Shown one piece after another: positions 19,478-28,982 of a stretch of 64,000 bases of DNA. The stretch's first letter is position 1. Each line of letters starts with the position of its first letter. The notes beneath the pieces were generated by a model that saw nothing but the letters and a program-made list of their open reading frames with translations, was not told the DNA's origin and did not search any database. Source of the stretch: a virus; IMG/VR virus record IMGVR_UViG_3300030333_002322; one strand, written 5' to 3'. The translations under genes were made by a program, and so were the position numbers.

Positions 19478-20011
19478 TTATGCCTGTTTTAGTTGTTTGG
19501 ATTGTCTTTGGTACTTCTTTATTTTCTTTTCTAGAGCTTTGAAAGCACGCTCTAGTTTGAACTTTGAAACTCTTTGTGTAAAGTTTTGTCCTACCATATG
19601 ATCGTATTCGTGTAGTATAACTCTAGCACCTATCCCTTCATATGTTTCTTGTTTTTCTTCACCGTCAGAATTATGATATAATATTGTACATTGTTTAGGT
19701 CTATTTACCATTAACCACAAACCAGGGAATGATAAACAACCTTCTCTCATAACTTCTTCATCATCACTAACTGCTATTAATAGTGGATTGAAAAATGCTT
19801 TTTGCATGCCTTCAGGTTTGCCATCTCCAATAACAAAGTATGCCTTATCAATACCTACTTGATTAGCAGATAAACCTACACCACCAAACTTTTGCATTGC
19901 TTGTAGTAATTCAAATTTAAGTGCTTTTAAATCTTCCTTTTCTATATCCAACTGTTTTGGAGGTTCCTTCAGTTGAGGAGATGTAAAAGGAATTAATTCT
20001 AAATCGCTCAT
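19478..20011 (-). CDS. def: peptide deformylase
   Basis: GVGLSANQ, EGCLS, HEYDH. Confidence 0.95.
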   Translation of the reverse strand: MSDLELIPFTSPQLKEPPKQLDIEKEDLKALKFELLQAMQKFGGVGLSANQVGIDKAYFVIGDGKPEGMQKAFFNPLLIAVSDDEEVMREGCLSFPGLWLMVNRPKQCTILYHNSDGEEKQETYEGIGARVILHEYDHMVGQNFTQRVSKFKLERAFKALEKKIKKYQRQSKQLKQA

Positions 20012-20241
20012 TTTGTTCCTAAATTAAGTATCTGTTGGAACTCTTGGAATCCACCAACAGGGTTATCATCAATAAAAATTTGTGGAAATGTTCTTGCATT
20101 GGGTACTTTTTCAAACAGTTCTTCTGCTTTATAGTCTGCATCTAGTAACAAGTATTCATAATCTAAACCCTTTTGTTCACAAAGTTGTTTTGCTGATGTG
20201 CAAAATGTACATCGTGTTTTTCCATATATTGTAACCTTCAT
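20008..20241 (-). CDS. glutaredoxin
   Basis: CTFC, TFPQIF, VGGF. Confidence 0.93.
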   Translation of the reverse strand: MKVTIYGKTRCTFCTSAKQLCEQKGLDYEYLLLDADYKAEELFEKVPNARTFPQIFIDDNPVGGFQEFQQILNLGTK

Positions 20242-20265
20242 TTGTTTTCCTTTTAAATATTAACT

Positions 20266-20922
20266 TTACGATACTCTTTTTACTATGTAAAGATTATCAT
20301 CCTTGGCTTTCATTTTTAGTTCACCATGCTTTTTCATTTCTTCTTCTGCATACTTTTCTCTTCCAGGCTTTACATTATTAAAGTATTCTGGACCTATATA
20401 GGTAGCAATATCATAAGTTATCCAATTATTGCCATTACGAACTAAATCTTCTTTTATTAATTCTACTCTCTCATCAAATAATTTGAATGAATTTTCTGGC
20501 CACTCTACATCTTCAATAATAAAAAGGCCTCCTGGTAGTAACTTCTCTAAATATAAATCAATAGCTTTGCATTGATCATCTATATTATGTGAACCATCAT
20601 CAATAATAATATCCATTTCTGGTTCAAACATATTTGCTACTTTTTGTTGATAAGCATCAGCACATAAACTAACTATTCTTTCTGAATCTCTAATTCGTCT
20701 ATTAGGTACAAGTCTATCTATTGTCCAAATAGTAGCCCTAGGAAAATAATCTCTAGCTAATAAACAAGAACCTCCATATGCAGAGCCTATCTCTAAATAA
20801 TTTCTAACAGAATGTTGTATAGGCTCAAACAATTCATCATAGACTTTAGGTCCATATGAATGTGGCCAACATTTATCTGTTAAATATTCTGGTCCTGAAT
20901 TAAATTGTTCTGTGTATTTCAT
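20266..20922 (-). CDS. class I SAM-dependent methyltransferase (resembles sugar O-methyltransferases)
   Basis: TDK..HSY, LEIGSAYGGS, DIIIDDGSH, GGLFIIED. Confidence 0.85.
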   Translation of the reverse strand: MKYTEQFNSGPEYLTDKCWPHSYGPKVYDELFEPIQHSVRNYLEIGSAYGGSCLLARDYFPRATIWTIDRLVPNRRIRDSERIVSLCADAYQQKVANMFEPEMDIIIDDGSHNIDDQCKAIDLYLEKLLPGGLFIIEDVEWPENSFKLFDERVELIKEDLVRNGNNWITYDIATYIGPEYFNNVKPGREKYAEEEMKKHGELKMKAKDDNLYIVKRVS

Positions 20923-22592
20923 TTTGCTATTACAGAATAATTCTGCCTCTTCTCAAATTTAATAACTGATCTAAACTTATCAAAAAGTTGATCTCCCTTA
21001 TGAGATATTACGAAGACATTCGTATCTTCTCCTATTGTATCTAATAGTTGCATAACATATTGTGTTCCATCATTATCTAAACTACTATCAAACACTTCAT
21101 CTAATAAAAGTATATTAGTACTAGCGCTGTTTTTCATCTTGGCAATAGTTCTCCAAGTAAACACCAATGCTAAATCTATTCTTTGTTTTTCACCTTCACT
21201 AAAAGATGCATAACTAAATTTATCTCTAAACCTAGACTTAATTGTTTCTTTGAATGTTTCATCCATTTCAAACTGAACAAAAAAGTCCATTGCTGCAAGG
21301 TATTTATTAACTAATTTGTTTATTATAGGAACATATTGTCTAATTATCTTAGTTTTAATACCAGAATCTTTTAATAAGGAAGTACATAGACTATAATAAT
21401 GATTTGTTTCATTTAAGTCTGTTTTTTCTGTGGACTTTTTAATAACATCTTTGGCAAGTTTCTTTAACTTGTCTTTCTCTGCTGTTATATCTCCTACTTT
21501 ATTTTGAGTCTCACTCATCTCTAATGTAAGTCGTTGTATTATTCTTTGTTGTGCAATAACTTCATTATTAGAATCCATTATTTGTTTGTCTAATTCATTT
21601 ACTTGTTCAACAAGTTGTTCTACTTCTTCGTACTTCGTATTCAGTTCTTCTAGAGCACCTTCCAGTTCAGAGACTTTCTCTTCATCTCTTTGTGTCATTA
21701 TCTCTTTATGATCATGCTCAATACCTTGTTGACAAACAGGACACTCCTCATTATTATGGAAGAACTCTATTTGTTTTCTGTGGTCGTTAATTTGTCCTGT
21801 GAATTTGTCTCTGTATCTTTCGAGCTCCCGTTTCTTCTTGTCAACGTCGCCCAAATTGCTCTTCTTCTCTGTTGCTGCATGTGTACTTTCTTCATAAACC
21901 TTAATCGCGTGTTCTGCTTCATTAATTGATTCCTGTAGTGAGGTTACTTTGGACTCTTTATCGTCCTCCAATGTCTTTATATATTGTTCTTGAAGAGTTG
22001 CTTTCTGCTTTGCTACATCTACTTCACCTGTTATAAGTCTTACTTTGTTTTCTAAATCATTTACCTTTGTCTTTAACACACCGTTCATGGCAGTAAAGAT
22101 TGTAATGTCTAATATGTCTTCAATTATCTCTCTTCTTGCTCCTAAATGTAACTGCATAAAAGGAGTAAAAGAAGCACTACCTAACATCACTATCTGTGTA
22201 AATGATTTGTAATTAAGTTTAAGAATATTTTCTTCTAAATACTTTTGGAAGTCTCTAATGTTAGCATTCTTATCTAATAACTCTCCATCAATTTCTATAT
22301 CAAATACTCTTGGTTGTAATCCTCTTCTTATAAGATAATTTTTACTGCCTATCCTAAAGTTAATTTCAACCAAACAATGTTTGTTGTTAATAGAATTAAT
22401 TAGTTGTGGTTTACTTACATTTCTAAATGGTTTATTAAATAATGCAAATGTTAAAGCATCTAATAATGTAGATTTGCCACTGCCGTTTTCACCTACAATC
22501 AATGTGCTGGGACTATGTTGAAAATCAATCTCGGTCCACGCATTGCCTGTAGATAGAAAATTTTTCCATCTAATATTTGTAAATTTAATCAT
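20919..22592 (-). CDS. gp46: recombination endonuclease subunit gp46 (SbcC/Rad50-like)
   Basis: KNFLSTGN, GENGSGKS, CPVC hook, FSEGEK, LLDEVFD. Confidence 0.97.
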   Translation of the reverse strand: MIKFTNIRWKNFLSTGNAWTEIDFQHSPSTLIVGENGSGKSTLLDALTFALFNKPFRNVSKPQLINSINNKHCLVEINFRIGSKNYLIRRGLQPRVFDIEIDGELLDKNANIRDFQKYLEENILKLNYKSFTQIVMLGSASFTPFMQLHLGARREIIEDILDITIFTAMNGVLKTKVNDLENKVRLITGEVDVAKQKATLQEQYIKTLEDDKESKVTSLQESINEAEHAIKVYEESTHAATEKKSNLGDVDKKKRELERYRDKFTGQINDHRKQIEFFHNNEECPVCQQGIEHDHKEIMTQRDEEKVSELEGALEELNTKYEEVEQLVEQVNELDKQIMDSNNEVIAQQRIIQRLTLEMSETQNKVGDITAEKDKLKKLAKDVIKKSTEKTDLNETNHYYSLCTSLLKDSGIKTKIIRQYVPIINKLVNKYLAAMDFFVQFEMDETFKETIKSRFRDKFSYASFSEGEKQRIDLALVFTWRTIAKMKNSASTNILLLDEVFDSSLDNDGTQYVMQLLDTIGEDTNVFVISHKGDQLFDKFRSVIKFEKRQNYSVIAK

Positions 22593-23650
22593 CCTATATC
22601 TTGTGCTTCCACATATAAACTTTGTAACAGATTCTTAATTCTTTGTTTATCTAAATCTGTTTCAACTGAATTGACATAATCTTTTAATAAAGTCATTGTG
22701 TCTTCTAAATCTATATCTTCACCCAATGCTTCATCTTCGAACTCTGAGAAATCTTCTATAATTTTTAAATCAATTAAATTACATTGATATAATTTATCTA
22801 CAAAGTGGTCAAACCTTGTAAAGTCTGTCTTATTGCTTACAATTAGTTTTACACAACCACCAGTAATACTACCGAAATCAAAATGGCTGATACTATTAAC
22901 ACCTTCAAAGGTGGAGTCATCATAATAGATTTTATGGAAGAGTCTATAAGGGTTGTTATGGTATTCCAATGCTCTTTTGTTAGTATCAAAGATCGCAAAT
23001 CCTCTAGGGTCTTCGTAATCACTCCAGGTGATTTCATAAGGGTTGCCCATATATGTAATATTGCCTCTAGAATGGCGATGGTGAAAGTGGCCACTAACAA
23101 CGAGCTCAAAATCACTAAAAATAGAAGAATCCATGCCGTGGAGATTAGGCATTCCAGGAAGAAGGTCGTAACCTGCGAATTCGAAATGTCCGAAGCAAGT
23201 CTTTGCGTCTGTCTCTTTAATTTTGGCCATAGTCCTGTCATAATTTTCTCCGCATATCCAGGGTAGGTAAAGAACCTTTTCCCTATCTAACATTATCTCT
23301 TCTGGCTCTTCGTATAATGTTATGTTATTGTATTCACCAAGTAATAAGTTAGGACTGTTTACTTCATTTGTATTTTTAAAGTATGTATCATGATTACCTG
23401 GCACCATATGTATTTCGATACCCAACTCTGCTGCTTTGCCAAAGAAGTATCTTTTACAAGACTTCAATGTATTGAAATTAATATACTTCCTCCTATCAAA
23501 TATATCACCTAAATGACATATTGTTTTTATGCCTTCCTTTTCTAAGTAAGGAAAGAAAAAATCAGTATAAAATTTTTCAAAATAAGCATCAAATGCTAAA
23601 TGATCTGAACGAGCACCAAAGTGCGTATCTGTAACTAGAGCAACTTTCAT
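22589..23650 (-). CDS. gp47: recombination endonuclease subunit gp47 (Mre11-like)
   Basis: TDTHFG, HLGDIFD, GNHD, SGHFH. Confidence 0.97.
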   Translation of the reverse strand: MKVALVTDTHFGARSDHLAFDAYFEKFYTDFFFPYLEKEGIKTICHLGDIFDRRKYINFNTLKSCKRYFFGKAAELGIEIHMVPGNHDTYFKNTNEVNSPNLLLGEYNNITLYEEPEEIMLDREKVLYLPWICGENYDRTMAKIKETDAKTCFGHFEFAGYDLLPGMPNLHGMDSSIFSDFELVVSGHFHHRHSRGNITYMGNPYEITWSDYEDPRGFAIFDTNKRALEYHNNPYRLFHKIYYDDSTFEGVNSISHFDFGSITGGCVKLIVSNKTDFTRFDHFVDKLYQCNLIDLKIIEDFSEFEDEALGEDIDLEDTMTLLKDYVNSVETDLDKQRIKNLLQSLYVEAQDIG

Positions 23651-23652
23651 TG

Positions 23653-24126
23653 TTAACCTTCGTATATTGCTGAATTAGCTCCATGTTCTCTCACTTCACA
23701 GGATACTGCATAACACCTGTTGTTTGTTTTCTTTTTTACCAAGTCATTAGCAAAGTGGAATGCTTGTTCTGCAAACTTCTCACATCCTACTCCGTTCATA
23801 ACTCGTACTTCTGACAATCCTTTCTGTTCTATTAATAGAAACTCTTGTAGTTCAGGATCGTCTTTTGCTACTGCATGTTTGTGGTCGAAATTATCTTTTA
23901 ACCACGCTTTTAAATCTTTTAAATCACCAAAGTCTACCACCCAATTTTTATCATCAAGTTGGTCACATCCAAATTTAAAACTAAAAGACAAAGCGTAACC
24001 ATGTAGTAAACTACAATGACTATGAGTTGCCAAAGGTTGTCTAAACATACATGAAAGCCCTTGTTCATGTCCATAAGTTTTTGTAGAGTAATACTTGTAA
24101 TCTCTATAAGGTTCCGGTTGGTTCAT
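23653..24126 (-). CDS. queD: 6-carboxytetrahydropterin synthase QueD
   Basis: CSLLHGY, WVVDFG, FDH, EHGANSA. Confidence 0.9.
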   Translation of the reverse strand: MNQPEPYRDYKYYSTKTYGHEQGLSCMFRQPLATHSHCSLLHGYALSFSFKFGCDQLDDKNWVVDFGDLKDLKAWLKDNFDHKHAVAKDDPELQEFLLIEQKGLSEVRVMNGVGCEKFAEQAFHFANDLVKKKTNNRCYAVSCEVREHGANSAIYEG

Positions 24127-25222
24127 TATTATATATCTCCTTGTATAAGTTAGCTGCTCCAAAATACTCTAGTTGCAACCTCTGCTTATTTGTTTCAATG
24201 TCAGCTAAGACTTCATTAGTATTATAACTATCCATCAAAGTAACAATCTTTTCTTTTAATTCTTCTTTATGCTGCTGATAAAATTTCCAATTCTGTGTCC
24301 ACTTAGAAGGATACATAAATCTATCTTCATACATTTCTTTATAACTTAATCTTTCAGGTACTAAAGGCATTCCTTTTGTACACAATGCTTCATAACAAGA
24401 TATGCCTAATGTTTCTTGTAAGTTAGCACTAAATACCATCTTTGCCTCACCTAACAATTTATGATATTCAGGTTTTGTTAATTCTTTTTCTTGGCATACA
24501 ATAAATTCATATTGAGGTAATTCTTTTTCTAAGTCTTTAAATATATCTACTTGTTTCTCAGGAGCAATTCTATGTGGGAATAAAATTATATCTTTTTTAT
24601 TTGTGTATTCTTTATCTTCAACATCTTCTCGTATCATTAATTCTAGATACTCCATAGGCCAACCTGATCTAACCATTTTATTTGATAAATATTCTACCTT
24701 TTTAGGTTTTTGCCAATCAGGATCATGGAAAAAACAATTAGCAAATAATTCCATATGAAATTTAGATGCAAAATAATTTTTATCTACTGCATGGAATATA
24801 GCTTCTTCTGTATGCCTTACCCAAGGTTTATCTCCTATAAGTCTACCTAAGAAATCATGTTTATCATAACTACCAGCATGCCATAAAGCATGTATTGTTA
24901 TATCTTTTTGTAATAGTTCTGCCATATATTTTAACTGTAAGATACCTGTATGCCAAGCATCTGCAAATACAAATTGGTCACCATCTTGTATTAAATCCTC
25001 AGTAAATCTTCTAGAAATCTCTATAACCTGTGCTGACTTGTAAATATTGGTACCACCAAAGTTTAAAAAAGCACCTGGAGATGTAGAAGGTGGTATGGAA
25101 TCTGGGCCTTCAATTGAAACGATATCTTGTCGTAACGCATTTGCTAACATCTGAGGAAATGCGTCTTTCCATTGGGCAGTATATCTGGATTCTACATATT
25201 CTAGATCAACTAAATAAATCAT
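24104..25222 (-). CDS. GT-B glycosyltransferase within the deazaguanine cluster
   Basis: FPHRIAPEK and QETLGISCYEA (GT4-type EX7E). Confidence 0.8.
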   Translation of the reverse strand: MIYLVDLEYVESRYTAQWKDAFPQMLANALRQDIVSIEGPDSIPPSTSPGAFLNFGGTNIYKSAQVIEISRRFTEDLIQDGDQFVFADAWHTGILQLKYMAELLQKDITIHALWHAGSYDKHDFLGRLIGDKPWVRHTEEAIFHAVDKNYFASKFHMELFANCFFHDPDWQKPKKVEYLSNKMVRSGWPMEYLELMIREDVEDKEYTNKKDIILFPHRIAPEKQVDIFKDLEKELPQYEFIVCQEKELTKPEYHKLLGEAKMVFSANLQETLGISCYEALCTKGMPLVPERLSYKEMYEDRFMYPSKWTQNWKFYQQHKEELKEKIVTLMDSYNTNEVLADIETNKQRLQLEYFGAANLYKEIYNNEPTGTL

Positions 25223-25592
25223 TTTCTAATATTGCTCCGTTTTCATCATCTTCATATACTTCCACTCGGACTGCACGGTTAGGATACTTTTCCTCTATAT
25301 AATTTATAAGAGATTCTGCTATCATTTCACATGATTGGTGGTCTAATTGTAGTACTTCATTACTATAAAGTCTTTCCAATTCTCTTTTAAACTGTATGAA
25401 CTCCACATCTCTATCATTATGTGAAACACCTAGGGTTACATAAAAATGGAAGATGTGTCTATGAGGATAACCTAAAAAACTAACATCTCTCCAATCACCT
25501 GTTGCATAATCTGGATTTGTATCTGCTCCAGGGAACATGTGGACACCTTCTCTCTGGAAGGATACTTTTATCATTCTATTAGAAACTGACAT
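25206..25592 (-). CDS. QueD paralogue, DpdL-like T-fold enzyme (putative CDG decarboxylase)
   Basis: LGYPHRHIF (LxxxHRHxF) in place of CxxxHGH; SCEMIA, EDDENGA. Confidence 0.7.
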   Translation of the reverse strand: MSVSNRMIKVSFQREGVHMFPGADTNPDYATGDWRDVSFLGYPHRHIFHFYVTLGVSHNDRDVEFIQFKRELERLYSNEVLQLDHQSCEMIAESLINYIEEKYPNRAVRVEVYEDDENGAILENDLFS

Positions 25593-25659
25593 ATAAAAAC
25601 ATCTCCGTAATAATATAACCTAACATCATTAGACCAACTAACCAACTTAAACTTTCCAT
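25579..25659 (-). CDS. 26-aa hydrophobic microprotein (MESLSWLVGLMMLGYIITEMFLYVSF)
   Basis: hand-translated; fills the gap between the dpdA-like and dpdL-like genes. Confidence 0.35.
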   Translation of the reverse strand: MESLSWLVGLMMLGYIITEMFLYVSF

Positions 25660-25662
25660 ATC

Positions 25663-27003
25663 TTAACCAAACAGTTCATCTAAACTGCCTGTCTCCTTTT
25701 TAAAATTACTTTTCTTAAACTCTTTTAAAGCATCTGCATCTGTTTCGGGAAGTTCTAATTCTAGTTCTCCTTCATCTCCAGTACCAATTGCTTGACTTTT
25801 CAACTCTTTAACTGTTCTTGTTTCTTGTATCCAACGTTCAAAGCCATCTCTGTCTTGTACATTGTATAAAGCATTAAATACAGTTTCAAGTTTCATACGA
25901 CTTGCAAACTTTAACAAAGGTTCCTTCTCAGTCATTTGTTCTAAGTGTTGCATGAAGTTTCTAATAGACATTAGAATAAATGCTGTTCTAACATACAACC
26001 ACTTATTCAAATCTCCATATTGTTCCTTTGCCTTTAGACTAGGTGTGTTTAAAAGAGTGTGAAATTCGTCTATTTCTACACCCAAATTAATAGTTTTCAT
26101 GCAGTTTTGATACATTTCTGTATAGAAATTGGACATCTCTCTGCTAAACTTAGTTGTGCCTTGTCCCATGTAAAACAAACCCGTCTCAACCGCCCTACTA
26201 TGAGTTGTAGAGTCATATGATATATTAATATCCTTATAAAGACCGTTGTTTTGGAATACCAAGTAAGGCAACATTCGTCTAATGGAACCAATACCTAAGA
26301 CGTGTAAGTGCATATTATCCATTGGCCATAACTTTTCTATTTCAGATGCTATGAAACCTCTTTTAATATCTTCTAATGCTCCAGTTCCAAGAGCAGCTGC
26401 ACCTAATGCTATTCCTCCCAAACGATTGTGCCATTCATTAGGGATTTCGTCCATAACATAGTGATACCAACTCAGGTATGTATCAATATCGTTCCCTTGG
26501 ATAATAACAAATGGTTTACAGCTGCTCTCTTTACTGTCAAAGACTTCTAGTTGACGTTTAACATTTTGTCCTGTCTTCCTAGCATAGTCTTCAAAATTTT
26601 CTCTATCAAAAGATCTGCCTTTTGTGTCATTTCTTTCTGACCTTCCGTCTCGAACTTTAACAGGTATCTCATCAAAACACATACCTACATCTGCATACTC
26701 TGCCTGGTTTTCATAAACCTTATCTTTTAGTTCATCTGTAATATCTAAACCTAATGTAATCATCTGTAGACCACCTGAGTCAGCATGTATGCTATGAACA
26801 TGGTCCTTATAAGGTTTAAATCTTTCTCCAAATGCACTCTCGGTATGAGCATTATATAATAGGGATATGTTGTGTGAATAGTCTTTACATAATTTGTCTA
26901 TTAACATATTCACAATACCAGTATTTGTCTCGTCTAAAGCAATGCCTGGATTACTTAAACGCATATATGACGTTCCTGATATTACATATTCTAATTTATT
27001 CAT
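25663..27003 (-). CDS. dpdA: TGT-fold DNA guanine transglycosylase (DpdA-like)
   Basis: HADSGGLQ, IIQG, HLHVLGIG, ISYDSTT; context of folE/queD/queE; C-terminal SLDELFG. Confidence 0.8.
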   Translation of the reverse strand: MNKLEYVISGTSYMRLSNPGIALDETNTGIVNMLIDKLCKDYSHNISLLYNAHTESAFGERFKPYKDHVHSIHADSGGLQMITLGLDITDELKDKVYENQAEYADVGMCFDEIPVKVRDGRSERNDTKGRSFDRENFEDYARKTGQNVKRQLEVFDSKESSCKPFVIIQGNDIDTYLSWYHYVMDEIPNEWHNRLGGIALGAAALGTGALEDIKRGFIASEIEKLWPMDNMHLHVLGIGSIRRMLPYLVFQNNGLYKDINISYDSTTHSRAVETGLFYMGQGTTKFSREMSNFYTEMYQNCMKTINLGVEIDEFHTLLNTPSLKAKEQYGDLNKWLYVRTAFILMSIRNFMQHLEQMTEKEPLLKFASRMKLETVFNALYNVQDRDGFERWIQETRTVKELKSQAIGTGDEGELELELPETDADALKEFKKSNFKKETGSLDELFG

Positions 27004-27509
27004 GATTCCAATATTTCAATTAAAAGGTTAGCCTCCGCCTTAGCGTCGTCTAACGCATTGTGATTATTCTTCTTAGGTAGTCTTTTGTCTAATACATTAG
27101 ATAATGTTCTTAAACAATTAATGTCCCAGAACTTCCATGGTATTGTAATGCCTTCTGCATGTAAGGCACTCTCTATAATTACAACATCAAAGTTAGCACC
27201 AAATCCCCAAATAGGAACCGACTCATTACCATACCAACTAATAAATTTGTCTAGTGCCTCTTGTAATGTAACAGGATTAATTTGTAGGGCTTCCCTTACT
27301 TCTCTATCTTGTTCTGCCCACCACTCAATAGTCAAAGGGTCTATGTGTAGACCTGATTCTTTACAAGTTTTAGGATCTACATTAATATAAAACTCGTCAA
27401 CTATCTCAAGACCTTCTATTGCTACTGCTCCTATTGAAACAATAGCTGCATTGGATCTAGTTGATAATGTTTCTAAGTCTAAGACTATGTGCCTTCCATC
27501 AATATTCAT
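27000..27509 (-). CDS. DEDDh 3'-5' exonuclease (RNase AS-like)
   Basis: LDLETL, GANFD, HNALDDA. Confidence 0.85.
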   Translation of the reverse strand: MNIDGRHIVLDLETLSTRSNAAIVSIGAVAIEGLEIVDEFYINVDPKTCKESGLHIDPLTIEWWAEQDREVREALQINPVTLQEALDKFISWYGNESVPIWGFGANFDVVIIESALHAEGITIPWKFWDINCLRTLSNVLDKRLPKKNNHNALDDAKAEANLLIEILES

Positions 27510-27525
27510 AATATAATCTCTGTTG

Positions 27526-28200
27526 TTATTTTCTAGCAATCATATTCATAAATTCATGCCTTAGTGCTGGGTCATCTTTAAACCCACCACCTAGTTTGCT
27601 AGTAATAGTAGACGAGCCTACATCTTCTACACCTCTACTCTTTACGCAATAATGCTGAGCATCAATAACTACTGCAATATTGTCTGTATCGAGAATGTAT
27701 TGTAGTGCATAATATACTTGTTCTGTTAAACGCTCTTGTATCTGAGGTCTTTTAGCAAAGTATTCTACTATTCTGTTCAGTTTACTTAATCCTAATACTT
27801 TTTTATTAGGAATGTATGCCACAGTTCCAACACCATCAATTACAACAAAGTGGTGTTCACAGTTAGATTGAACATTAATGTTCCTTTCTATAACCATGCT
27901 TTCATATTCCATTTTGTTTTCAACTGCTGTGCATTTTGGAAATGCCTCATAGTCTAAACCCCAAAAGATTTCATTCACATACATCTTTGCCACACGCTTA
28001 GGTGTGTCCATAAGACTATCATCATTAAGATCAAGTCCTAATGCGTTCATAATATCTGTAAACCGAGATTCAATTATATCTATCTTCTCAGTACGATTAA
28101 GTGAATTATCTATTACGGGTGTTTCTACTCCACACTTGACTAAGTGCTTGTGAATTTCTAACCCAAGTTCTGGGTCAGTTTTTGTCTTATTAAAAGCCAT
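27526..28200 (-). CDS. folE: GTP cyclohydrolase I
   Basis: TPKRVAKM, CEHH, GLSKLNR, QERLT, HYCVKSRG. Confidence 0.97.
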   Translation of the reverse strand: MAFNKTKTDPELGLEIHKHLVKCGVETPVIDNSLNRTEKIDIIESRFTDIMNALGLDLNDDSLMDTPKRVAKMYVNEIFWGLDYEAFPKCTAVENKMEYESMVIERNINVQSNCEHHFVVIDGVGTVAYIPNKKVLGLSKLNRIVEYFAKRPQIQERLTEQVYYALQYILDTDNIAVVIDAQHYCVKSRGVEDVGSSTITSKLGGGFKDDPALRHEFMNMIARK

Positions 28201-28262
28201 TTTTTACTCCTTCCTTACACGGATATTTGTTTATTATACTTGCAACCTTTGTGTTGCCTATA

Positions 28263-28270
28263 TATTTATA
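28263..28270 (-). promoter_or_regulatory. T4 late promoter upstream of folE
   Basis: intergenic TATAAATA. Confidence 0.65.
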
Positions 28271-28275
28271 CATCT

Positions 28276-28782
28276 TTAACTGTTCTCCCAAGGGTAAACT
28301 ACCCATCTTTGGTCTGATTGTCCATCATAATAAAGCCTTTTGCCTTCAAAGTCAATATCCATGTCACCCAATTTGTTATGAAGTACTGCCCATTGACTGT
28401 CTGGTATTAAAGATCTTATTTGTTTTATTGTAGTACCACTATCACATATATCATCTACAAAAATGGTATCCTTTAATATATCACTATTATTTAATTCAAT
28501 AGCCTTTATTGTATCTGTTTCACCACCGTCTCTTGTTTGCCAAACTAATGGTTCAAATTCTGCATCAAACATATGACTTAACATGACACCAGGTACAAGT
28601 CCTCCTCGACTCACACCTACAATTTTTTTAACAGGTCGTTGATGATGAACAGATAAGTGTTCATTGTAATACCACCTTGCTATTTTTATTTGTTCGTAAA
28701 GTTCATAGACTAAACCTTTATGGTCGTCCCATGTAACATAAATTTTTTCTTCTGTTGTTCTTGGATCAATTGCTGTTTTCAT
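28276..28782 (-). CDS. purine phosphoribosyltransferase (Gpt-like)
   Basis: GVSRGGLVPG, FVDDICDSGTT, WVVYPWE. Confidence 0.9.
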   Translation of the reverse strand: MKTAIDPRTTEEKIYVTWDDHKGLVYELYEQIKIARWYYNEHLSVHHQRPVKKIVGVSRGGLVPGVMLSHMFDAEFEPLVWQTRDGGETDTIKAIELNNSDILKDTIFVDDICDSGTTIKQIRSLIPDSQWAVLHNKLGDMDIDFEGKRLYYDGQSDQRWVVYPWENS

Positions 28783-28979
28783 AATTTTATCGCTAACAAT
28801 AATAAAATAGCAAGTTGTATTATAATAACTAACAAGAGTTCAACTGCTAATATAGTATGATACCAAATCCATCTTGTCTTATAAGCATTATCTATATTTA
28901 AATCTGCTGGATCTGGATCTTTCCAAGTATCAATATCCGTTTCAGGATTTTGTTTCCATAATATATCCCACCATTTCAT
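28779..28979 (-). CDS. small membrane protein
   Basis: C-terminal hydrophobic helix; coupled to its neighbour. Confidence 0.6.
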   Translation of the reverse strand: MKWWDILWKQNPETDIDTWKDPDPADLNIDNAYKTRWIWYHTILAVELLLVIIIQLAILLLLAIKL

Positions 28980-28982
28980 TGT

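Noticed and set aside
28201-28262. preQ1 riboswitch in the folE leader (GCAAC-ACAAAG-GTTGC hairpin plus A-rich tail)
   Set aside because: The loop is too short and lacks the conserved preQ1-I loop residues; an Infernal search would be needed
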